A stretch of DNA of 64,000 nucleotides from Eledone cirrhosa (lineage: Eukaryota), in assembly GCA_964016885.1 (NCBI GenBank), contig OZ024764.1:7192001-7256000 (forward strand). Direction: 5' to 3'. Below, piece after piece: positions 1 to 12,800 of the stretch (position 1 is its first letter; every line of letters begins with the position of its first letter). A model generated the notes under the pieces. That model ran no database searches, had not been told where the DNA came from, and was given only the letters and a program-made list of their open reading frames with translations. The translations under genes and the position numbers were made by a program.

Positions 1-173
1 GAAGAGGAAGGAACAGAGAAAAGATTTTGAGAAAGTTTTGATGAAAAATATGTGAATTCTGTCAGCCATTTTGGAGAATAAGAAATATATCTATCCGTGT
101 GTTATTGATGAATGTGAGAAAAAGTACTCAATGCTGAAGTAGAGTTTGAATATTCATTTATTATGACTAAGTG

Positions 174-278
174 GTGAACCTTGTTACTCTGGAGTTTCAC
201 TTACACACTTGCAGGCTCATCAGATAAGACTCTTGTCTGATGATCCTGCAGGTGAAACTCCAGAGTAACAAGGCTCAC
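174..278. ncRNA. Two inverted type-I hammerhead ribozyme motifs (plus 232-272, minus 180-228)
   Basis: Plus strand: cttgt-CTGATGA-tcctgcaggt-GAAAC-TCCAGA-GTA-acaag with a perfect stem I. The minus strand has the same core with a longer stem II. Confidence 0.75.
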
Positions 279-508
279 TACTTGCCAGACTTGATTCATA
301 AGTGGGACCACCCAGTCCCACAATATTCGTGTGGTTGGTGTTAGAAAAGGCATCCAGCAATTGTAAAAATCCCAACCAAAACACAGGTCCTACTATGATC
401 AGGGTACAACGTGGCCAACTGGCCAGACCTACCTCCTAATGGGACCATCTAGTTTTATAGTTCTACTACAAGCAGGGTACGCATGGCCAACTGACCAGAC
501 CCTCTCAT

Positions 509-740
509 AAGAGTGTGGTACCCCTAACATGGCCGTAGTCTAATGACTGAAACCAGTAAATAAATAAAAGAGTGTGGTACCCCTAACATGGCCGTAGTCT
601 AATGACTGAAACCAGTAAATAAATAAAAGAGTGTGGTTCCCCCAACATGGCCGTAGTCTAATGACTGAAACCAGTAAATAAATAAAAGAGTGTGGTACCC
701 CCAACATGGCCGTAGTCTAATGACTGAAACCAGTAAATAA
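509..740. repeat. 59-bp tandem repeat, about 4 copies, resembling a SINE 3' end
   Basis: Unit aagagtgtggtacccctaacatggccgtagtctaatgactgaaaccagtaaataaataa. Confidence 0.9.
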
Positions 741-778
741 TTTTTAAAAAAAGGAAAAGTCCCTGCAGAAAAATTTAC

Positions 779-883
779 CTTGAGTTTTGCTAAGGCAGAT
801 GTTTTACTCCAGTTGTCTAACCAGTCAGTTTCTTCTATAACTTCTTTTGTTGCTTCCAACAGATAAACACCAATGGAATCGGC
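779..883 (-). CDS. M13 peptidase exon (ADSIGVYLLEATKEVIEETDWLDNWSKTSALAKLK)
   Basis: atccag acceptor, AAG|gtaaat donor, phase 0-0; M13 WxDxxTKxxAxxK motif. Confidence 0.9.
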
Positions 884-3800
884 CTGGATATACAATATAA
901 AGAAAAGAGAACTGTATCTATACATGGATGTACCATATTTGATGGTTTATAAGGTGCACAACAATTTGGGCAGGTTTTTAAAAACAATAACAAATAAATG
1001 GGTTTAAACTACAAACAGCAGTTATAAAGTTTGTATGTCATAAGGAAGTGTTAAAATTTAATTTAAGGGCCACTGCAGCACAAGAATTCCATGTGTTATA
1101 ATATATAGAGAGGGTGGTTTTAATATATAGAGAAAGGGATGGGTTTCTATATAGAGAGAGGGGGGTTTTAATAGAGAGAGACGGGATTATCCGTGAATTT
1201 TTTCACGGGTCCAGCTAGTATATTTAAATACATATGTAGTTTTAATAATAAAACTACTTCTGGGCAGCATGGTATAGCAAGTTGCATGAGACACTGGAAT
1301 AGTTCCTTTATTTTCGTTGGAAGAAGAGATGTTAATCTTGAAATATCAGGACATAAAAATAAATTAAGGTTATAATAAACTACTTAACTGCATTCCTGAG
1401 AACTTTTTATTCTTTTCTTTGTAAATTGTGTATGATCCTTTTTCTTTTATGCACCTTTATTATAATTTAATTTAATATATGGCTAGTGAAATAAATGTTA
1501 AGAGAAAAATAAATTATTACAAAATGTTCCTTTTAACTAATGAATTGATTTTTCCATTTGCAGATAGAAAAATTAAAATATTTATTTTTAAATTGAGGCT
1601 CCTGAGGTGTGTGGTCCTAAGTTTTAAAGTAAGGTAAGTCCAGCACTGTTTGTCATTATCTTACAGAAACATTATTCTATTTACCATGTAATGTTGTTGC
1701 ACATCAAAATGTTTTCTTCTATACATCCAGCTGAGTACATCATTCATCAGTGTCGCAATGTTGAAACACAAGTTAGTTTCTTTTGTTGAATTAATAAACT
1801 GATAAGGAGAAAAGAGTTGATAAATATAAAATCATAATACACAAATAAATAAAGATATGTGTATAGTTTTTATAGCATTTAGGTTGTGGCCATGCGAGGG
1901 CAGTAACTTTTGAAAAGTTTTTATTTATTTATTGGGATTGCACCGCAAGCACGATCCTCCCAAGACATGAAGAAATACTCTGACTAACCAGGAAACTACA
2001 ATAGATATTTTATTATATTTTATCATTGTTGTTATGTTTTTATATGTGAACAAAGATTGTGCAAGTTATCCTACACACTGTTAAGTGTAAGTGAAGTCTT
2101 ACAAACTCATGGAAATGAGGCAACAAAGAAAAGTTCCCATGAAAATATTTATAAAACATCAATGAGAGGTAACAACAAAAAAGATTAAAAAAAGTTAGTG
2201 AAGCAGACTAAAGCTACATAATCACCTCAAAGTGTTCCACTGGTTGGTTGGAAAGATTTGGGTAATCTGAGAAAAGATTGCCAAATATTTCGAGAAACAC
2301 TAGAATCAGGAAATCCCTGAAATGAAAATTTAGTAGTAATAAATGGAATGAGCGAGATATAAAATTAATTACATAGAAAATTAATTGCTATAAATGTTAA
2401 TAGCTCAGATAATTAGGTAAAATACCCCTATAAACATAAAAGAAGTGACCAGCAGCAGCTATGAATAATTGAACTACATTCCTCTCCCTATGAACAAAAG
2501 GTTGGTTGTATGATGCCTGTGTGAGATGTGTGATGCTGCTTGGTAGTGAGACATGGGCAGCAACTGTGGAGGATGTGCGAAGGCTGGAGAGAAATGAAGC
2601 AAGCATGCACCGATGGATGTGCAATGTCAATGTGTGTGAACGACCAAGCATGGACGAGTTGAGAGTGAAGCTGTGTATAAGAGGAATAAATTGTAGTGTG
2701 CTGGAGAAAAGACTACGTTCGTATGGACATGTGATGTGCATGGATGATGACCACTGGGTGAAGAAGTGCCAAGTAATCCCAGTGGAAGGAAGATGCAGTA
2801 GAGGAAGACCATGGAAAACATGGACGGAGGTGGTGAGAGCTGATCTCAGATCACTGAAGCTTGCAGAGGAGATGACGAAAGACCATGACTGTACTGAATA
2901 GATCCCGTCACACCCTTGTAGGCAGGGAAAAGCAGGTGTAAAATGATGATAACGATTATATATACACATAAATAAAGGTAAATGAAAACAACAAACCTAT
3001 ACCAACCAAAGCCCACCACACAAAATATAACTTGAAAAAATATATTAGGGTCAATATGATCAATTTTAAGGCAGTGTCCTAGAATGGGCACAGCCTAATG
3101 AGAAATCTGTAATAGAATAAAAATTTAGACCTTACTTTTGCTCTGTTTCCTGTATGATATTGTTCAACCATTTAAGGGTCTTTATGTCTTCTATTACAAA
3201 ATAAACATTGTTGATGTCTTCATTGGCCACATTCAGTATGTCCTCAAATAGGGTAACAAGATCAAACTGTAAATAAGAAAAGAAACTAATTTAATATTTT
3301 CTTTGGGCTGAGGTAGGCAAAGACACAAACAATTAGACCCCCTGCCCCCAACATCACCACAGCCACCACCATCATCGTTTTTACATACACTTGCAGGGAT
3401 TGGACGGATCTTTTTACAGCACAGCTCTTCCCTTGCCACGATCCTTTGTCATCTCTGTTGAGTTTAAGCAATTTCAGATAAGCTTGCACCACCTCAGGCC
3501 ACGTCTTCCTTGGTCTTCCTCTACTGTGGCTTGCTTCCACTGGGATTTCCTGGCACTTTACCCCTCAGTCATCATCCATGTGCATCCCATGTCCATACCA
3601 ATGCAGTCTTCTCTCTTCTACTATATCAGATATAATTCACTGCATGGCATAAAACAAGTGTATATACAGAGTGGGTGGAAAGAAACTACCGATTTAAAGT
3701 TGTTACAAAATGTATCAATTATTGGTCAATTTTCATAAAACATTTTATTTGACAGCCTAGCGAACATCCTGGAAAATGGACATGAAGCCACTCACAAAGA

Positions 3801-6800
3801 GTGCATGCATGAATCTGAGGTCATTGAGGTTGTCCAAAGTGGTCATATTAGGCCAAAAGTAATTTTCAATAGGGCGTTACTTTCCACCCACCCTGTATAT
3901 ATATATTGTTATATTTAGGGAGGGTCATATTGTTATATTGCCAGAAATAATAATTGTTTCTACTTTAGGCACAAGGCCAGCAATTACCCAGTACATTACT
4001 GGTACTTTATTTTATCAACACCGTAAGGATGAAAGGCAAAGTTAACCTCGGCGGGATTTGAACTCAGACTGTAAAGGGATGTAACTATGCTAGAAAGCAT
4101 GGCATCCAACCCTCTACCGTTACTGCCAATTCACCACCCTAATAAATAATAAAACACGTTCACTGTATATTTTATATCTCTATAGTTAATTTAGCTGGCA
4201 ATCAATGTTTATCATTAGTTGATCAATGGTTAATATATATATATATATATATAGTCTATCAAAGTTCTTTCATCACACACCTGTGACATCATCAGGGGTA
4301 CTATTACGTTTCCTCCCATTGTGTTGTAATGTCTATTCCATTTTTAATTATTTATTTATTCTTGTCTCTGCATGCGTCTGTGTGTGTGTTTTACCCCTTT
4401 AAAAAAACCCACTGTATGAATAAGAAATGTGTTATTTGTGGAATAAATCCACAAATAAACTGTAAAGCTAGAAATGTAGTCTATAGCATAAGATGTACAG
4501 AGGTTACCTGCAGAAACATGACAATGACATACATAGGTGAGACAGCTCACAGCATAGGGGAGAGATTAGACCAACACTGGGGGGAAACTAAAAGGACAAA
4601 AAGACAGTTCGCTACTATACAAACATGCCAGACAAAGACATGATGGTAACATAGACAACATAGAAATTAAAATAATATATAAACATAGAAATGACCCAGC
4701 AGATAGGTAAATCAGAGAGGCCAATGAAATAGAACTTAGAAAGCCAAAGCTAAACAGAAAAAATGAATGGAATAACAACTACCACCATACACAAACAATA
4801 CTGACCTAAGGTAAATATAAATAAATATACACAGGTACAACAACAACCATACATAAACACACAATACTGACCTAAGGTAAATATAAATAAATATACACAG
4901 GTACAACAACAACCATACATAAACACACAATACTGACCTAAGGTAAATATAAATAAATATACACAGGTACAACAGCAACCATACATAAACACACAATACT
5001 GACCTAAGGTAAATATAAATAAATATACACAGGTACAACAACAACCATACATAAACACACAATACTGACCTAAGGTAAATATAAATAAATATACACAGGT
5101 ACAACAACAACCATACATAAACACAATACTGACCTAAGGTAAATATAAATAAATATACACAGGTACAATAACAACCATACATAAACACAATACTGACCTA
5201 AGGTAAATATAAATAAATATACACAGGTACAACAACAACCATACATAAACACAATACTGACCTAAGGTAAATATAAATAAATATACACAGGTACAATAAC
5301 AACCATACATAAACACACAATACTGACCTAAGGTAAATATAAATAAATATACACAGGTACAACAACCATACATAAACACACAATACTGACCTAAGGTAAA
5401 TATAAATAAATATACACAGGTACAATAACAACCATACATAAACACACAATACTGACCTAAGGTAAATATAAATAAATATACACAGGTACAACAACCATAC
5501 ATAAACACACAATACTGACCTAAGGTAAATATAAATATACACAGGTACAATAACAACAACCACACATAAACACACAATACTGACCAAAGGTAAATATAAA
5601 TATACACAGGTACAATAACAACAACCACACATAAACACACAATACTGACCTAAGGTAAATATAAATATACACAGGTACAATAACAACAACCACACATAAA
5701 CACACACTAGTGAGCAAAGATAGAATACAAACACACAGACATGAACACACACACACAAACGCATACACAAACATATATATATTTTTAAAATAAACATATG
5801 AAACAATCACAGGGAATAATTTGTAAAGTGTGTAATTACACATAGCTAGGTAGGTAACTAATTAAAGTTTAACTAGAACTTCAAATATTACCTTTTAAAA
5901 ATGATTAATCTTCCTTGTATAGAGAAATATATTTCACCATTAATCCGTAAAGTCACAGTAGTCAAAATCCCGGATCTTCAGCAAGGGGGGAAGAATCAAC
6001 TATCTGTGTTTACACATCAAATGCAAATCTGCAAATGACCAGTTGCACGTGTTGCATCCCTAAAACTACACACATCGTGTCAACGTCATCCCGGTGGCGT
6101 GAATAGGGTTATCGACAGCTAGAAATAGCAGCCGAGTCCTTTCAATTGAGTTAGCTCTACAATTAAGGGGCTGTGTATATATCCAAAATTTAGTTAAATT
6201 AAGGGAGTCATGTCCGAGACATGCACCATATCCACCGTAGAATAAGCTCAAAGATTCCAATGAATAGATCCGAGCATTTTATATAAACTAGAAATTGATT
6301 GACATATATGGAGGCACATGGCTTAGTGGTTAGAGCATTGGCCTGGCAATCGAAAGGTTGTGAGTTCAATTCTTAGACCGGGTGATGTGTTGTTTCCTTG
6401 AGCAAGACACTTTATTTCACATTGCTCCAGTTTACTCAGCTGTAGAAATGATATGATAGGGACTGGGGTCCCTATCATTCCACTGCAAAGTGGTCGTGGA
6501 GGTGCCACGGCAAAAAAGCACCCAGCACTCACTGTAAATGAGGTTGGTGTTAGGAAGGGCATCCAGCTGTAGAAATCAAGCCAGAATCAGTTGCCGTCCC
6601 ACCCTTGCAAGCAGGGAAAAGCGGGCGTAAAAACGAAATGAATGAAATTGATTGACATATATATATATATTTAAAATAAACACATGAAACACTTTACAAA
6701 TTATCCCTCCCCTGTGATTGCTTCATCATCATCATCATCATCATTTCATTTTAGGTCCGCTTTTTCCCTGCTTGCAAGGGTGGGACGGGAACTGATTCTG

Positions 6801-9800
6801 GCTTGATTTCTACAGCTGGATGCCCTTCCTAACACCAACCTCATTTACAGTGAGTGATGGGTGCTTTTTTGCCATGGCACCTCCACGACCACTTTACAGT
6901 GGAATGATAGGGACCCCAGTCCCTATCATCTCATTTCTACAGCTGAGTAAACTGGAGCAATGTGAAATAAAGTGTCTTGCTCAAGGAAACAACACATCAC
7001 CCGGTCTGAGAATTGAACTCACAACCTTTCGATTGCAAGGCCAATGCTCTAACCACTAAGCCATGTGCCTCCATAATATATATATAGAGAGAGAGCGAGA
7101 TAATATTTATTTTGTTGCACTAAAAAACATGTCTACTGATGATGAAGATTATCTTAAATTTACTAATTATCTGGTATATTTTAATTATGGTAAATAGTAT
7201 TTTTCTCTTGGTTTAAAACTGTAGTATAGGCAAGAATTTAATTAATATAAGAGAAAATTTCTGTCTTGCTTCTGTCTCCTGCCTCGTCATATGTATTACA
7301 AAATATAATTATTGTTGTTCCCATGATAACAGTGTATAAGTATGCTCTGAATTATGGGACTTGCACCTAGAAAGTACAAGTACAAGTACAAGGCACAAGT
7401 ATGGGCAAGGTGTTTTTGTGAAAGACCAACAGTTGCCCATGTACATCAGTTTACCTTCTTCATACCATTAATGTTGTCCAAGGTAAAGTCTAATAGAGCT
7501 TGGCATCACATTTCTACAGTTGTGTGAATGGGAGCAACATGAATAATAAAGTGTTTTGCTCAAGGAAACAACACATCCCCTCTTCTGAGAATTGAATTCA
7601 CAACCTTATGATTGTGAAGCCAACTCTCCAACCACTAAGCTATACACTCTCAAAAGATATGTATGTGTTGTTGACTTGGCTAGTGTGCTGTCAAAATATT
7701 GTATGTATACTTACAGCAGATAATATCGTCCTTAGTTGATCAGTAGTATAAATAGCTGGTATTTTATCACTCTGTCTCTAAAGAGGTAAAACAAACAAGG
7801 AAGAGAATCAACATTTATTACTATTTTCTCCATCAATCATATATTTTCTATCTGATCTTTACACTTTCATTAAGTTCTCAACACTAGATAGAGTCATCTG
7901 ACTGCCTCTATAGAACAACATTTCTAACTACTGTATATAAACAAATAAGAGCTGACCTCCACCATTTTATGTCTGAGAGATGGGCAAAAATCCAAACCCT
8001 GTATATAAGACAAGGCAACATATAAACACATTATGTTTAGATGGTGCAGTTGTGAAATTCTCATGAATGGAGAATATATTTATAAAGTTTTTATATTTTG
8101 ATATTTAAAAGGTTTTAAGTGTCATTTAAAGAATAGTTTTTGTTTCACAACTCCATTACATAATGTTTTTACCAATTTCTGACTCTTTTGAAGGCCATAT
8201 TCATTCAAAACACAGAAAGCAATAAGAAAAACAAATTTCACCTCCAAAGTGAAACAGGTGTAATATTCCCCTCCAAAGTGAAACAGGTGTAATATTCCCC
8301 TCCAAAGTGAAACAGGTGTAATATTCACCACCAAAGTGAAAATATTTTAGTACTTCACTTAAAAATTCTGTTGCTAATACATGCAACACATACCACATAT
8401 GAGTGTATACAGTATTTTCTTATTCAATCATATATTTTCTATTTGGTAGATTTATAAAGAAATAAGATATTCTTATACAACAGAGTGAACCAACTTTCTG
8501 GGCTGAAGATTTGGCAATCACTATGATATCATCATGCCAGCTTAACCCTTTAACATACATATTACTCTATATATACTATTATATTTTCATGGTAGAGGCT
8601 TTACCTCGCATAATTATCTCACATAATATCGAATCTATGAGATTTTGAAAGTATTTATTTTGAGAACAATACCTTAACATCAGTTTGAATGACCAGTTAT
8701 ATCCAGTTTCAACAGAAAAGGGTAGAGAATTCTGGCCGGTTTTGGCCGGTTTGAACATTAAAGGGAAAATCTCAAACCAAGAAGACTTATAGAGCTGCTA
8801 CAATATCAAAATTGGCTTACCTTTGTTGATACTTGCTTATAAAATTCCTGTATTGTTTCAGGATTAACATGTTTTGGAAACATGTTATGTAGAGTTTCAA
8901 GATAACTATCAGGGAGTTGAACATTAAAAATAAGTTGCAGCTGAAAATAGTTGGCATATGAAAACATATTAAAATATATTATGCAGACTTGGTGGCTGTG
9001 GGGCTCAGGAGTTTGTTTCATAACCATGTATTTTCAGGTAAAGCCAAACTACATGGGCCTTTTGTCAAGTGTCTACTATTTATTTTTTCCAGGGGCAAGA
9101 CAGATAAAACATAATTACATATATCATCATCACTGTTTAATGTTCATTTCTCTGCTAGCATTGGTAAGACGAGTTGCCCTGTTGTGAGACAAACCAAGTC
9201 AGATGACCATGTCTAGCTCATAGAGAACTGACATTGGTTTGGTTTCTACAGCTGGATACCCTTCCTAATACCAACCACATTTACACTGTGTAGTGGGTGC
9301 TTTTTGTTATGGCACCTACATGGCCACTTTACAGTACAGGTTGAGTGCTTTTTGTTGTGACACCTACACAACGACTTTCCAGTGTGGACTGGGAACTTTA
9401 TACATATATATATGAGAGAGGGAGAGAGATTGGAAAATGTGTGAAATCCTTGGTACAGTGAGGTATATTTGAAAAAAAGGAAAAGAATGACTTCACTGGT
9501 AGTTGGTATTCTAAACAATTTAGTTTTATAATTTTACAATTTTGTTATGTAGATGTACATAACAAAATTGTGAAATTGTAAAATTAAATTGTTTAGAATA
9601 CCAACTACCAGTGAAGTCATTCTTTTCCTTTTTTCAAATATATATATATATGTATATTTACGTATATTTTACATAATAAACAACACGATATAATTATTTC
9701 ATTACTGAAGGTTTCAAACCATATCATTCTTGTAAGAAACATCCAGCTTGTTCGTCAGACAAAACAATTACCAATTATTTTGACGAACGAGCTGGATGTT

Positions 9801-12800
9801 TCCTACAATGATCATCTAGTTTCTTGAAACCTTTGGCAATGATATAATCATCATCATCATCATTTTACGTCCGCTTTTCCCTGCTTGCAAGGGTGGGACG
9901 GGTCATATTCAGCACAGCATCTCTCTACTTGTCACGGTCCTTCATCATCTCCACCGTGAGCTTCAGCGATCTGAGGTCTGTTCTCACCACTTCCGCCCAT
10001 GTTTTTCGTGGTCTACCTCTACCACGTCTTCCTTCAACTGGCATTTCCTGGCACTTCTTCACCCATCAGTCATCCTCCATGCACATCACATGTCCATACC
10101 ACCTCAGTCTCCTCTCTCGCACACTACATTCTATCCCTCTCAGACACAGTTTCTCTCTCAACACATCACATGTCCATACCACCTCAGTCTCCTCTCTCGC
10201 ACACTACATTCTATCCCTCTCAGACACAGTTTCTCTCTCAACGCATCACATGTCCATACCACCTCAGTCTCCTCTCTCGCACACTACATTCTATCCCTCT
10301 CAGACACAGTTTCTCTCTCAACACATCACATGTCCATACCACCTCAGTCTCCTCTCTCGCACACTACATTCTATCCCTCTCAGGCACAGTTTCTCTCTCA
10401 ACACATCACATGTCCATACCACCTCAGTCTCCTCTCCCGTACACTACATTCTATCCCTCTCAGGCACAGTTTCTCTCTCAACACATCACATGTCCATACC
10501 ACCTCAGTCTCCTCTCCCGTACACTACATTCTATCCCTCTCAGACACAGTTTCTCTCTCAACACATCACATGTCCATACCACCTCAGTCTCCTCTCTTGC
10601 ACACTACATTCTATCCCTCTCAGGCACAGTTTCTCTCTCAACACATCACATGTCCATACCACCTCAGTCTCCTCTGCCGTACACTACATTCTATCCCTCT
10701 CAGGCACAGTTTCTCTCTCAACACATCCATGCTGGGTCACGCACATTGACACTGCACATCCAACGGAGCATGCTTGCCTCATTTCTCTCCAGCCGTCGCA
10801 TATCCTCTGCAGTTGCTGCCCATGTCTCACTACCATGCAGCATCGCACTCCTCACACAGGCATCATATAACCGGCCTTTCATACGCAGGGAGAAACCCTT
10901 CTTCATCAGCAGAGGAAGCAGCTCCCTAAACTTCTTCCAACCTGTCCTTATTCTAGATACTATGGCCTCAGAACACCCCACTCCCATGCTAATCTGATCT
11001 CCTAGGTACCGAAAGCTATCCACCACTTCTATAGCATCCGCCCGCATTTGAAAAATGTGTCTATCAATGTGACTTCTACTGTCTAATTTCCTGTACATCT
11101 ACTGCATACGTATTTCTCCCTACCTGTTAGTTTGCCTGCTATCCCACTACATCTTTTGTGTACCCAGGATCTGCATTGTGTGCATTTTATAGAATTTATG
11201 CCAGTTCCTTTTCTGCATATCGAACATGGCCATTTCCCTGACGGAATCAGAGTTTTGTCCTCTTTTCTACTCATCAACACTTTTGTCTTAGCTAGGTTCA
11301 CTCTCAGTCCTCTGGACTCCAACTGTTGTTTCCATAGCCAGAATTTATTCTCTAGCTCCTCTACTGATTCTGCTATAAGAACCAGATCGTCAACATAGAG
11401 AAGTTCCCATGGACAGTCAGTCTTAAACTCCTCTGTTATGGCTTGGAGGACTATAATGAACAAGAGTGGGCTGAGGACCGAACATTGATGTACTCCTACT
11501 TGTATCTGGAATTCCTCACTAAACTCCATTCCTACCCTGACTTTACTGACAGTGCCTCTGTACAAAGTTTGCACTGTCCTCACAAGCCATTCCTCAACAC
11601 CTAGTTTCCTTAGGGACCACCAGATGACAGATTGGGGGTACCCTATCAAAGGCCTTCTCTAGGTCAACAAAGCCTAAGTATAGTGGCTTATTTTTCTCTA
11701 AGAACCTCTCTTATAATCATACTATATAATTAAATAGCTCTGTACAATACATTGAGCATTCTTCTTTCCTTTACTTTTTCTATGGAAATACTTAACTCTC
11801 AGACTCAGAAGCTCCCGCGTCTTGCGACGCATGAGGCAATCGTCGTGTTCCATCGCGTTCGGTCAGCAGCCAGTTGCACAGCGTCCCGCCATTGTCTGTT
11901 TGTCGCTCGCAGGTCCCTCTCAACTGTCTTGCACCAGTTCATTTTGGGTTGCCCCCTCTGTCTGCTTCCCTGCAGGCTCCATTTAAGTACTTGGTTCGCC
12001 AGTCTCTCCGGGGGAAGTCTCAAAGTCCAAACCAACCCAGGCGTCGCTTGCAGATGTTAGAAGAGACTAGCTGCTGGTTGGTGCGGTTCCTGACTTGCTG
12101 GTTTGTTACACACACCCGTATATATATATATAATCAACACACACATATAATTAACAGACACCCGTATATATATATATAATCAATACAAAAAGAAAACCAA
12201 GGTTGTTATTGAAACTCCATCTTATAGACCACATACACTCTCATGAACACTTCTGTGTTGCTGATGGAACATTTAAAAAGCCCATAACGCTGTATGTGGG
12301 TTGGTATGTGTTCAACAGTCCCCACAATGAGGGTCCCAAGTGTGCCAGCTGTATATTTAGTTCCTCCAATGTCCTAATGACTCAGCCAATTTACCACCTT
12401 ATAAAAAAAGAATTACTTACCTTGATAATAACTTTGCCAGTCTTGCTTGTATCTTTCCATATTTGGTACTTAGTCCAAGGCAACTGACCAGTGAGATGTA
12501 AATATTTATGTAAAATATTGCTATGGTTTGCATGATTGTTCAAATGGAAATTAGTCAGAATATAATTCAGTGAGGAGATCAGTGTTTCCAATTTGCTTCC
12601 TGAAATAGAAAGTTAAAACATTAGTTTCTTATAGATATTGGTTACTTTATCATTATTTAGCCCTTTAACATATCAAGGCATAGTCAGCCGACTGGACACT
12701 GCACTCAACAGGACAACCCGTCTAACCCATGCTAGCGTGGAAGAACGATGTAAAACGGTGATGATGATGATGATTACCCTATATATACTATTGTATTTCC

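Noticed and set aside
509-740. CRISPR-like array or tandem hammerheads
   Set aside because: No unique spacers; has stem-GAAAC..GTA but no CTGANGA core
2397-2430. Alternative M13 exon GILPNYLSY
   Set aside because: Immediate stop and no donor; exon 2226-2316 fits the phases
4736-5843. Cys/Tyr-rich minus ORFs
   Set aside because: Translations of the 62-66-bp minisatellite in several frames
6310-6385. Possible tRNA gene
   Set aside because: SINE head with A/B boxes that continues into the SINE body; no convincing cloverleaf
6323-7059. Recurrent 79-aa ORF MPFLTPTSF...
   Set aside because: Antisense translation of SINE family 1
9893-10997. More than 300-aa plus-strand ORFs
   Set aside because: Antisense to an RTE across the 80-bp tandem expansion
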